A stretch of DNA of 52,328 bases from a bacterium (lineage in GTDB: Bacteria; Hydrothermota; 32-111). Position 1 is the first letter of the stretch. The number at the start of each line of letters is the position of its first letter. Made by a program: the position numbers and the translations under genes. The stretch lies in the NCBI GenBank assembly GCA_050239825.1, contig JBFXGO010000003.1, forward strand, positions 21,277 through 73,604, in the 5' to 3' direction. Below the pieces are notes generated by a model. It was given only the letters and a program-made list of their open reading frames with translations, ran no database searches and was not told the DNA's origin. Below, piece by piece: positions 17,994-26,555 of the stretch.

Positions 17994-18887
17994 ATGCATC
18001 TCGTCAGAGCATTCTGCAAAATAAATCTTTTTTTGGACATTTTGGGCAAAAGAACGGACGGCTATCATGACATTCGCACAATTTTCCAGTCCGTTGACCT
18101 TTATGACGAGATGATTTTCAAGGAGAGTGAAGAGACGCTTTTACAGATATCTGACAAAACAATCTCCTTAGACATGTCAAATACTGTCATGAAGGCATTT
18201 ACACTCTTTTCGGATGAAATGACAAAGAGAAGAGAAAAAACTCAAAATTTCAGCATTATGATTGAAAAACATACGCCGGTAGGGTCCGGCATGGGAGGCG
18301 GCAGTGCTGACGGTGCGGCAACACTGAGATTTCTAAATGTGTATCACGGTCATTGCTTCTCTCAGGCCAAACTTGAGGAAATGGCATTAAAGATAGGAGC
18401 AGATACTGTTTTTCTGCTGAGAGGCGGACTTGCCTTGGGTGAGAATCTCGGCGAGAAGCTTGAGTATTTTGATATGTCGCAGATGGAAAAACTTCATCTG
18501 GCTATTGTTTATCCGAATATCCATATTTCAACAAAATGGGCTTATGACAACTATTCTAAGCACTTGACAAACAGTAAAAAATATTATAATATAAATAACT
18601 TAAAAAAAGATTTTGATGAGTTCAAAGGTTCTCTGAAATTTTCATACAATGTTTTCGAAGAGCTTGTTTATTCAAACTATCCGCGTCTTAGAGAGATAAA
18701 GGAAAAGCTTGATGCAAAAAGACCCATTCTCTCAATGATGACGGGAAGCGGATCAGCTGTATATGCTCTTTTCGAAAACAATGATATGTTTGAGTCGATA
18801 AGAAAAGAGTTCGGTGGTAACAAGCTGATTCTCACTACCCCGGTAACTCAACAACATATAAATGATGAATTTCTAACCAAACTCTAG
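17994..18887 (+). CDS. ispE: 4-(cytidine 5'-diphospho)-2-C-methyl-D-erythritol kinase
   Basis: KINLFLDILGKRTDGYHDI, PVGSGMGGGSAD, MTGSGS; ispE-spoVG-tRNA-Gln-prs context. Confidence 0.95.
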   Translation: MHLVRAFCKINLFLDILGKRTDGYHDIRTIFQSVDLYDEMIFKESEETLLQISDKTISLDMSNTVMKAFTLFSDEMTKRREKTQNFSIMIEKHTPVGSGMGGGSADGAATLRFLNVYHGHCFSQAKLEEMALKIGADTVFLLRGGLALGENLGEKLEYFDMSQMEKLHLAIVYPNIHISTKWAYDNYSKHLTNSKKYYNINNLKKDFDEFKGSLKFSYNVFEELVYSNYPRLREIKEKLDAKRPILSMMTGSGSAVYALFENNDMFESIRKEFGGNKLILTTPVTQQHINDEFLTKL

Positions 18888-18895
18888 GAGGAACG

Positions 18896-19162
18896 ATGGA
18901 GATTACAGAAGTCAGAATCACATTAAGAGACGAACCCAAACTGAAGGCATTCGCAAATGTGACCTTTGATAATGCATTCGTAATAAGAGGGCTGAAGATT
19001 ATTGACGGCCAAAAAGGTTTATTTATATCAATGCCGTCCAGAAGAGCAAAAGACGGAACATACAGAGATATAGCCCATCCGATAAACAATGATATGAGGC
19101 AGTCTATAGAAAAAGCAGTTCTTGAGAAGTATCAGGAAGAAGTTAAAAAGCCGACAGAATAA
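18896..19162 (+). CDS. spoVG: SpoVG family protein
   Basis: MEITEVRI...GLFISMPSRR...YRDIAHPIN. Confidence 0.95.
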   Translation: MEITEVRITLRDEPKLKAFANVTFDNAFVIRGLKIIDGQKGLFISMPSRRAKDGTYRDIAHPINNDMRQSIEKAVLEKYQEEVKKPTE

Positions 19163-19171
19163 AAATTTAAT

Positions 19172-19244
19172 TGGGGTGTCGGCAAGCTGGCAAGCCACGG
19201 GATTTTGGTTCCCGCATTCGCAGGTTCGAATCCTGCCGCCCCAG
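19172..19244 (+). tRNA. tRNA-Gln(TTG)
   Basis: Acceptor TGGGGTG/CGCCCCA, anticodon arm CGGGA-TTTTGGT-TCCCG, T-arm GCAGGTTCGAATCCTGC; CCA not encoded. Confidence 0.95.
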
Positions 19245-19254
19245 AAAAAAAGCT

Positions 19255-20196
19255 ATGGAAGAAAAAATGAAAATAATCGCAGGCAACTCCAACATAGGAA
19301 TTGCCAAAGACATTTCCGTTAAGCTTGGAATACCGCTTCTGGATTCAATCATTTCCCGTTTTTCCGACGGTGAAATAAGAGTTCAGATAAACGAGTCAGT
19401 GAGGGGTAACCATGTATTTGTAATACAATCCACTAACCCTCCTGCTGAGAATCTGCTTGAGATGATTTTCCTCATTGATGCATTGAAAAGGGCGTCTGCG
19501 GATATGATAACGGCTGTCTTGCCATATTACGGATATGCCAGACAAGACAAAAAAGACGCGCCGAGGGTTCCGATTACAGCGAGGGCCGTGGCTAATTTGC
19601 TTACAACTGCAGGAGTTTCGAGAGTCATGGTAATGGAGCTTCATGCAGAGCAGATTCAGGGCTTCTTCAATGTGCCGGTTGACCATCTATATTCTACACC
19701 GGTCTTTGTTGATTTTTTAAAGTCAAAAATAGACCTTGCCAACACTGTAGTTGTCTCGCCGGATGCAGGAAGGGTCAACAGAGCCCGTTCTTTCGCAAAA
19801 CGGCTGAACAATCTCCCGATAGCAATAATTGATAAGAGGCGTTCAACTCCGAACCAATCTGATGTAATGCATGTCGTGGGAGATGTTGAAGGCAAAAATG
19901 TTCTGATGGTAGATGATATAATCGACACTGCCGGAACGATAACAAAAGCGGCTCATGCTTTGAAATTTAACGGAGCAAAGCAGATTATAGCTGCAGTAAC
20001 GCACGGGCTTCTATCGGGAAACGCGATTGCGAACATCAAGGAATCTCCGATAGAGAAGCTTTACATTACAAACAGCGTAATAATTCCCGAAGAGAAAAAA
20101 ATAGACAAAATAGAGATACTCTCAGTGGCAGACCTTTTGGCAGATGCCATAAGAAGAGTTTATTGCAAAGATTCAATCAGTGTACTTTTTGATTAG
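19255..20196 (+). CDS. prs: Ribose-phosphate pyrophosphokinase
   Basis: FSDGEI, PYYGYARQD, VSPDAG, VDDIIDTAGT; start placed downstream of tRNA-Gln. Confidence 0.97.
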   Translation: MEEKMKIIAGNSNIGIAKDISVKLGIPLLDSIISRFSDGEIRVQINESVRGNHVFVIQSTNPPAENLLEMIFLIDALKRASADMITAVLPYYGYARQDKKDAPRVPITARAVANLLTTAGVSRVMVMELHAEQIQGFFNVPVDHLYSTPVFVDFLKSKIDLANTVVVSPDAGRVNRARSFAKRLNNLPIAIIDKRRSTPNQSDVMHVVGDVEGKNVLMVDDIIDTAGTITKAAHALKFNGAKQIIAAVTHGLLSGNAIANIKESPIEKLYITNSVIIPEEKKIDKIEILSVADLLADAIRRVYCKDSISVLFD

Positions 20197-20204
20197 GAGG
20201 AGCA

Positions 20205-20909
20205 ATGCTACAATACGATTTACAAGTTGAAAAAAGAGAGAAGACAAACAGGCACGGGCTTAGAACGTTGCGCAACAGCGAGATGATCCCATGCGTTGCT
20301 TACGGGCACAAAGAAACCAACAGAATCTTCTCAATCAACAGTCTGGAACTGTCAAAACTGTTTCACGTAATGGGCCGTGAAAAGGCGCTTCTGAATATTT
20401 CCATTGACAAAGACAAATTCACTGCAGTCATAAAGGAGATCAAAAGAAGTCCAAGAACAAACAAGATTATACATATGGATTTTCAGATAATCCACATGGA
20501 TGAGAAGATTAAGGTGGATGTGCCTGTCCTTCTTAAGGGTTCTGCAATAGGAGTGAAGGAGGGAGGCATACTTGAACAGATTTTGAGAAAAATTGAATTG
20601 AAGTGTCTGCCGGCAAAAATTCCTTCACACATAGAAATTGACATAACCAATTTCAAAATAGGCGACTCTGTCCATGTAAAAGAGATAAAAGTTGAAGGCG
20701 CTGAAATACTAACTCATGCAGAGGAAGTCATTGTTGTTATTCTTGCGCCTAAGGTAGTGGTTGAAGAGGTCGCAAAACCCGCAGAGGAAGAGGGCAAAGA
20801 GCCTGAAGTCATCACAGAGAAGAAGCCGACTGAAGAAGAGGCCGCAGCAGAAGCAGGCAAGGGTAAGGATGACAAGAAAAAAGACGATAAGAAGAAAGAG
20901 AAAAAATAA
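20205..20909 (+). CDS. rplY: 50S ribosomal protein L25/Ctc
   Basis: IPCVAYGH, IIHMDF, GVKEGG, IGDSVHV; acidic/Lys-rich tail; located between prs and pth. Confidence 0.95.
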   Translation: MLQYDLQVEKREKTNRHGLRTLRNSEMIPCVAYGHKETNRIFSINSLELSKLFHVMGREKALLNISIDKDKFTAVIKEIKRSPRTNKIIHMDFQIIHMDEKIKVDVPVLLKGSAIGVKEGGILEQILRKIELKCLPAKIPSHIEIDITNFKIGDSVHVKEIKVEGAEILTHAEEVIVVILAPKVVVEEVAKPAEEEGKEPEVITEKKPTEEEAAAEAGKGKDDKKKDDKKKEKK

Positions 20910-21495
20910 TGGTTGTATTTGTCGGGCTCGGCAATATAGGAAAGGAGTATTCAGAGACGCGGCATAATGTCGGTTTCATGCTTCTTGATGTATATGCCGG
21001 GAAACACAATGTTTCCTTCAGACCCGGCAAAGGCGAATTTTTTTTTGCTTCGGTTCTTTGAAAGAGAGTTTTTTGCTTATAAAACCCTCGACTTATATGA
21101 ACAACAGCGGAATTGCTGTTTTACAGGCAATGAAGCAGTTTTCATTTGAAATCGGGGATTTGATTGCTGTAGTGGACGACTTCAACATTCCTGCCGGGAC
21201 CATGCGCCTCAGGGAGAAGGGCTCCGCCGGAGGCCATAATGGCCTCAAATCCATTATTTATCATTTGGAGACGGACAACTTCGCAAGACTGAGAGTGGGA
21301 ATTGGAACCGAGAATGCTTCAAAAGACAGGGAGTTTGTGCTCTCATGCTTTGATGACCCGGCTTTGCTGAACAAAATCATTGCTGACGGTGTGGATGCAA
21401 TGGAGCGGATAGTTGAAATCGGAGTCCCAAGGGCAATGAATTTTGTCAATAAAAAAAACAGTGATACTGTAAAACAGGAGGAACAAGTTGACTAA
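20909..21495 (+). CDS. pth: Peptidyl-tRNA hydrolase, apparent frameshift at T9 run 21038-21046
   Basis: MVVFVGLGNIGKEYSETRHNVGF from ATG 20909; KPSTYMNNSG, GSAGGHNGLKS and RLRVGIG lie in the -1 frame. Confidence 0.9.
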
Positions 21496-21772
21496 TTACG
21501 AAATTCTAATGATTGTTGATCCCTCATTGGACGACAAAGCAGTTTCCGACAAAATCGGAGTCATTAAAAAATGGATTGAAGAACTCGGCGGAGAGGTCAA
21601 ACAGGCAGACGATAAGGGTATAGATCGCCTGGCATATGAGATAAAGAAGTCCATGCAGGGCAGGTTCATCATTGCGCTTTTCTCTCTCGAACCGATAAAG
21701 GTTGACATGCTGAGAAAAGAGATAAGGCTTGATGAGCAGGTGTGGCGCTACAATATAAAGAAGCTGGCGTAA
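21488..21772 (+). CDS. rpsF: 30S ribosomal protein S6
   Basis: YEILMIVDP...RLAYEIKK; rpsF-ssb-rpsR-rplI order; TTG start with RBS. Confidence 0.93.
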   Translation: MTNYEILMIVDPSLDDKAVSDKIGVIKKWIEELGGEVKQADDKGIDRLAYEIKKSMQGRFIIALFSLEPIKVDMLRKEIRLDEQVWRYNIKKLA

Positions 21773-21776
21773 AAAG

Positions 21777-22259
21777 ATGAGCGAGAAAATAGTAGTACCT
21801 TCGCTTAACAAGATAATCATTGCCGGACGGCTTGTAAGAGATGCTGAAAAGCGTTTTACAAGCGATAACACCGGAGTGATTTCTTTTCGTCTTGTTTCAA
21901 ACAGAAAGTATAAAGACAAAGCAGGCGAGTGGCAGGAAAATGTGCTTTTCATAAATGTTTCATATTTTGAAAAGTATTCGGACGGACTGGAGAGACGGCT
22001 GAAACAGGGAACTCCCGTAATAATAGACGGGTCTCTTGAACTTAACTCTTATGAGGATAAAAAGACTCACGAAAAAATCTCAAAGCATCAGATAAGAGCG
22101 ATGAAAATATTTGTGATATCAAGAGAGGCTGGAGATGAGACAGAGCAACCGCAGACAAAGTATGCGGATGCAAGTCAGGTTATAGACGAGGTCGACAAAG
22201 ATTTTGAGAACATAGAGGAAAATGAAAACACTGGAGGTTCAGATGGCATACCGTTCTAG
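21777..22259 (+). CDS. ssb: Single-stranded DNA-binding protein
   Basis: LNKIIIAGRLVRDAE OB-fold start; acidic tail ending DGIPF. Confidence 0.93.
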   Translation: MSEKIVVPSLNKIIIAGRLVRDAEKRFTSDNTGVISFRLVSNRKYKDKAGEWQENVLFINVSYFEKYSDGLERRLKQGTPVIIDGSLELNSYEDKKTHEKISKHQIRAMKIFVISREAGDETEQPQTKYADASQVIDEVDKDFENIEENENTGGSDGIPF

Positions 22260-22500
22260 AGAAGAGCAAAAAGATCAAAGAGAAGTCAAGAGAGAAAAAA
22301 AATGCAGAATATGCATAAAGAGTGATACAGTTGATTATAAAGATGTGCAATCCCTGTCAAGGTTTATGAATGACAGAGGCAAGATTCTTCCAAGAAGAGT
22401 CACAGGTCTCTGCGCCAAACATCAGAAGCTTGTCTCTGAAGGAATAAAGACAGCCCGTCAGATGTCTCTGCTTTCAAACATTGATGAAAACATAAGATAG
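22243..22500 (+). CDS. rpsR: 30S ribosomal protein S18
   Basis: CRIC...VDYKDV...RGKILPRRVTGLCAKHQ; GGAGG precedes ATG 22243. Confidence 0.95.
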   Translation: MAYRSREEQKDQREVKREKKCRICIKSDTVDYKDVQSLSRFMNDRGKILPRRVTGLCAKHQKLVSEGIKTARQMSLLSNIDENIR

Positions 22501-22508
22501 GGGATAAT

Positions 22509-22955
22509 ATGAAAGTAATACTTAGAGAAGAAATCGCTGGAGTGGGAAAGAAGGGAGAGGTCATCAATGTGAAGACCGGTTTTGCAAGGAACTATCTTAT
22601 TCCCTCCAAGAAGGCTTATGAATCAACAGCGGGGAATCTAAAGAGGTACGAGCTTGACAAAAAACTTGATGAAGTCAGAGAAGTGAAGAACAAGCAACTG
22701 GCTGAGGAGATGGTCAAGACTCTTGCCGGAATATCCATTACCATATCTCAAAAGGCGCATGATGACGAAATGCTTTACGGTTCAGTCACTGGAGTTATGA
22801 TTGCTCACGAGCTTGAAAAATCAAATGTGAAAGTTGACAAGAGCTCCGTACTTCTCGATGAGCCTATAAAAAAACTCGGTTTTTACACTGTGAGTGTAAG
22901 GTTACACCCGGAAGTTACCGGCGAGGTAAAGGTCTGGGTTGTAAAAGATGAATAG
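22509..22955 (+). CDS. rplI: 50S ribosomal protein L9
   Basis: MKVIL...GKKGEVINVKTGFARNYLIP, LYGSVT, PIKKLG. Confidence 0.97.
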   Translation: MKVILREEIAGVGKKGEVINVKTGFARNYLIPSKKAYESTAGNLKRYELDKKLDEVREVKNKQLAEEMVKTLAGISITISQKAHDDEMLYGSVTGVMIAHELEKSNVKVDKSSVLLDEPIKKLGFYTVSVRLHPEVTGEVKVWVVKDE

Positions 22956-23766
22956 TCTTTTCCCTGACAAGAATCTTATTATAATTCTCCTATTAGGCCA
23001 CCTAATAGGAGATTTTATTTTTCAGACCAATAACGTATTTAAATTCAAAATCAAAGGGACTGCAGGAATACTATGGCACTCATTTCTTGTCGGAGTAGCT
23101 ACATTTACAGCTCTATTTACTTTTTCTGAAAGTTTTCTTCTGATATTTTCAGCCTCTATCATACTGTTTGTTTTTCATTTTCTTATAGACATTGCCAAAT
23201 ACAAAAGCAGGATAGAGGAGGCGGTCACATTCATGCTTGATCAGCTGGCGCATATAATTTCAATACTTATATGCTCTATAGTGCTGAAAAATGCAGTCAG
23301 TGCAAGCTTTAGAAATACTGTTCACATAAGATATGCAGTCTATCTTATAGCAATGATTGTCATACTCTATTTCCTCAAATATTTCATAAAGAGTCTCTAC
23401 AGAATTCTTGACATAAAAGACGCTGCCTCTAAATGGTATTCGTTTATGGAGAGCGCAGAGAGGTTCATAATATTTTACTTTTCATATATGCATGGATTTT
23501 ATTTTCTTTTGATAGCATTTGCGGTTATTCCAAGAAGTCTCTACGCGATCAACACAAACAAACAGCATATCTTCTATGATATCATAATCTCAATGCTTAT
23601 CTCATCAGGAGCTGGCATAGTTTTCAGGAAAGCAACAATTCTTGAGCCATTCACAGGTATTCAGTTTCTTTTTCTGTCGATTGTTTTCTTTGCATCCGCC
23701 TTCATTATTGAAAAGGCGGTTGACCTTCTGACTCTGCCATTGAACAAGCACTCTCATATCTCTTGA
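22948..23766 (+). CDS. DUF3307-like multi-pass membrane protein
   Basis: HLIGDFIFQT, HFLID and DQLAH motifs; multiple TM segments. Confidence 0.75.
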   Translation: MNSLFPDKNLIIILLLGHLIGDFIFQTNNVFKFKIKGTAGILWHSFLVGVATFTALFTFSESFLLIFSASIILFVFHFLIDIAKYKSRIEEAVTFMLDQLAHIISILICSIVLKNAVSASFRNTVHIRYAVYLIAMIVILYFLKYFIKSLYRILDIKDAASKWYSFMESAERFIIFYFSYMHGFYFLLIAFAVIPRSLYAINTNKQHIFYDIIISMLISSGAGIVFRKATILEPFTGIQFLFLSIVFFASAFIIEKAVDLLTLPLNKHSHIS

Positions 23767-23824
23767 CTTTAATTTTTAATATGATATTTTATTGACTGAA
23801 CTTTAAAACAAGGAGTCTTAATCT

Positions 23825-25033
23825 ATGAAAAAATCAAATAAATTCTATGCTGTTGAAAAAAAGTACGGCGCAAACAATTATCATCCCCTTGATGTCTGCC
23901 TCTCAAAAGGAAAGGGTATTTGGGTATGGGACGCAGACGGCAAAAAGTATCTTGATTTTCTAAGCTCATACTCGGCTGTCAATCAGGGTCACTGCCATCC
24001 TAAAATAGCCGCTGCGGCAGTAAAACAAATGAAGAATCTCACCCTTACTTCGCGCGCATTTCACAATGACCAGCTTCCCATCTTCTATGAAAAACTCTGT
24101 AAGATGGCGAAGATGGAGAAGGTGCTCCCGATGAATTCAGGAGCTGAGGCGGTTGAGACAGCTCTGAAAGCTATTAGGAAGTGGGGATACAAGGTGAAGG
24201 GAGTCGAAAAGAACAAGGCTGAGATAATAGTGTCAGGGAATAATTTCCACGGAAGGACGATTACAATTATATCCTTCTCTTCGGACGCACAGTACAAGGA
24301 CGGATTCGGACCCCTCACGCCAGGTTTTGTTGAGATACCATTCGGAGATTTTGACGCTCTAAAGAAAGCTATAAATAAGAATACCGTTGCTTTTCTTACT
24401 GAGCCTATTCAGGGGGAAGGCGGAATCATAATACCTCCTGCAGGATTTTTAAAGAAGGCTCAGGACCTCTGCAAAGCGAACAATGTACTCTTCATTCTTG
24501 ACGAGATACAGACGGGACTATGCAGGACAGGGAAGTTTTTTGCTCATCAGCATGAAGCAGGAGTCAAACCTGACGGAGTTATAGTGGGAAAAGCCCTTTC
24601 CGGAGGATTCTATCCTATAAGCGCATTTCTGTCAAAGAAAGAGATAATGGATGTCTTTAATCCGGGAGACCATGGCTCTACATTCGGCGGAAATCCGCTT
24701 GCATCTGCAATCGCCGTAGCGTCGCTTGAAGTTCTTGAAAAAGAAAAACTCTCGGAGAATGCAGACAAAGTGGGAAAATATTTCCTTTCAAGATTAAAGG
24801 CAATGAAGTCCGGCTACATCAAAGAGGCAAGAGGAAAAGGGCTCCTTATAGGAGTAGAGCTTAATGAGAATGCCGGAGGAGCAAGGAGATTCTGCGAAGC
24901 TTTGATGAAAGAAGGATTGCTCTGCAAAGAGACTCATGACAACATAATCAGATTCGCTCCGCCGCTCGTCATAAAGAAGAATGAGATTGACTGGGCGATG
25001 AAGAAGATTGAAAAAGTCTTTGCGGAAATATAA
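23825..25033 (+). CDS. rocD: Ornithine--oxo-acid aminotransferase
   Basis: GANNYHPL, YSAVNQGHCHP, PMNSGAEAVETA, EPIQGEGG, DEIQTGL, GKALSGG, HGSTFGGNPL. Confidence 0.95.
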   Translation: MKKSNKFYAVEKKYGANNYHPLDVCLSKGKGIWVWDADGKKYLDFLSSYSAVNQGHCHPKIAAAAVKQMKNLTLTSRAFHNDQLPIFYEKLCKMAKMEKVLPMNSGAEAVETALKAIRKWGYKVKGVEKNKAEIIVSGNNFHGRTITIISFSSDAQYKDGFGPLTPGFVEIPFGDFDALKKAINKNTVAFLTEPIQGEGGIIIPPAGFLKKAQDLCKANNVLFILDEIQTGLCRTGKFFAHQHEAGVKPDGVIVGKALSGGFYPISAFLSKKEIMDVFNPGDHGSTFGGNPLASAIAVASLEVLEKEKLSENADKVGKYFLSRLKAMKSGYIKEARGKGLLIGVELNENAGGARRFCEALMKEGLLCKETHDNIIRFAPPLVIKKNEIDWAMKKIEKVFAEI

Positions 25034-25085
25034 AAGAACAGTGTTGACATTTTACGGATTTTCTGTATAAATATTACTGCAACGA

Positions 25086-25161
25086 GCGGGAATAGCTCAG
25101 TTGGTAGAGCGTTACCTTGCCAAGGTAAGTGTCGCGGGTTCGAGTCCCGTTTCCCGCTCCA
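25086..25161 (+). tRNA. tRNA-Gly(GCC)
   Basis: GCGGGAA/TTCCCGC acceptor, TTACC-TTGCCAA-GGTAA anticodon arm, CCA encoded. Confidence 0.97.
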
Positions 25162-25173
25162 TTTTCTTTTTAT

Positions 25174-25245
25174 GGCGGCATAGCCAAGTGGTAAGGCGAC
25201 GGTCTGCAAAATCGTTATGCTCCAGTTCAAATCTGGATGCCGCCT
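25174..25245 (+). tRNA. tRNA-Cys(GCA)
   Basis: GGCGGCA/TGCCGCC acceptor, loop CTGCAAA, T-arm TCCAGTTCAAATCTGGA. Confidence 0.95.
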
Positions 25246-25250
25246 TGTTA

Positions 25251-25339
25251 GCCGGAGTGATGGAATTGGTAGACGTAGCGGACTTAAAATCCGCTGGGAT
25301 GTAAGTCCCGTGCCGGTTCGATTCCGGCCTCCGGCACCA
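25251..25339 (+). tRNA. tRNA-Leu(TAA)
   Basis: GCCGGAG/CTCCGGC acceptor, GCGGA-CTTAAAA-TCCGC anticodon arm, long variable arm, CCA encoded. Confidence 0.97.
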
Positions 25340-25483
25340 AATTACTGCGAGCAATTTCTCCATAAAATAAATATGATCACTTTTCCTAATGTCTTTCATA
25401 AGGTGCAGAGACCGTCGAAGCATTTTGAAGTGCATACAATGTACATTTTAAATTATGTTGTGAAGTTTATTCCCGACACCTAT

Positions 25484-25752
25484 TAATGGCCTCTTGAAAT
25501 AGGACACGTTTTAGTGGTAGAATGTGTTAAAAAAGGAGGCAGAAACGGACTACAAGAGACACAAATCAGGATTCAAGGTGAGAGTGGCGCTGTAGGCAAT
25601 AAGTGAGGTTGATATTAAAAAATATAAAAGAGGGTCTAAATCATAAAAATACAAAACTCCATCTGAAGTTTATGGAGGTATCACGAATGTTCAAACAGCT
25701 TAACAATAAACACAATTTATCAAAATCTTGTGTCTTGACAAGAGAGCCATTG
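25484..25752 (+). mobile_element. Internally deleted IS3-family remnant
   Basis: Imperfect terminal IRs TAATGGCCTCTTGAAATAGGACAC / GTGTCTTGACAAGAGAGCCATTG; residual peptides KRHKSGFKVRVAL*AI (OrfA-like) and YKTPSEVY (OrfB C-terminus-like). Confidence 0.6.
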
Positions 25753-25833
25753 TCTAGTTATAATATTAAATATTAAAGAACGTTACTCTAATTATGCTAT
25801 TAAAAATTGGAGATAATGTTAAGAGTAAAAAAT

Positions 25834-26007
25834 ATGATTGGCGATAATGTAAAGAAATTTAGAAAGAAGAAAGGCCTTATACAAGATGGTCTTGCAAGAA
25901 AAGCCGATATTCCTTATACTATTTTAATAAAGTTAGAATCCAATGTTGTTAAAAAACCTTCTGTTCAGACCGTTGCAAAGATAGCAAAAGGATGCTTATA
26001 CATGTGA
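25834..26007 (+). pseudogene. 3'-truncated XRE HTH regulator, paralog of 486-698
   Basis: ARKADIPYTILIKLESNVVKKPSVQTVAKIAKG versus ARKADIPYTTLTKIETGVIKKPSVFVVAKIAKG; runs directly into integrase sequence. Confidence 0.75.
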
Positions 26008-26393
26008 AAGATGCAAAAGGGAGAAAGGATAGATACACATTGCTTTCGGAGAAGGCATTAGAAATTCAAATAAAATACTGGAGAAAATATAAGCCTGAAA
26101 AATGGCTATTCGGTGGAGCAAAAGAAAGCGGATACCTTTCAACAAGGACAGTTCAAGCGATATTTGAACAGGCAAAAGAAAAGGCGGGAATCAAGAAAGA
26201 CATATCGGTGCATGGACTAAGACATAGTTTTGCAACACATCTTTTAGAAGGCGGCACGGACCTTAGATATATTCAAGAACTGCTTGGTCATACAAGTTCT
26301 AAGATTACAGAAATATATACGCATGTAAGCCAGAAGTCATTGGGAAAGATAAAGAGTCCATTAGACACTTTAAATTTGAAGAAAGGAGGTTGA
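25980..26393 (+). pseudogene. C-terminal fragment of an integron-integrase-related tyrosine recombinase
   Basis: DSKRMLIHVKDAKGRKDR, HGLRHSFATHLLE, IQELLGH, EIYTHV and C-terminal KSPLD; N-terminal half including the first catalytic Arg is missing. Confidence 0.85.
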
Positions 26394-26484
26394 AGCTGAC
26401 AATATTTGTTAATAAAGAGGGGAAATCTGGGTTTTCGCCAATAGTAAAAATATCCGCATTGCGTCTACACCACCAAATGAGGGA

Positions 26485-26533
26485 TATATACGCAGTAATT
26501 GCGGATACAAACGAGTTATACGCCATTTGGTTT
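26485..26533 (+). other. attI-like recombination site
   Basis: CGCAGTAATTGCG palindrome followed by AAACGAG|TTATACGCC (GTT at 26515), downstream of the recombinase, with no upstream inverse core. Confidence 0.5.
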
Positions 26534-26555
26534 ATACACCTAAGGGAGGATAAAA

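Noticed and set aside
19171..19254. TTG-started N-terminal extension of prs
   Set aside because: It overlaps tRNA-Gln entirely; the Prs-like sequence starts at ATG 19255 or 19267.
24934..25486. Short ORFs over the tRNA cluster (similarly 38359-38780 and 51914-52183)
   Set aside because: Shadows of tRNA genes and repeats.
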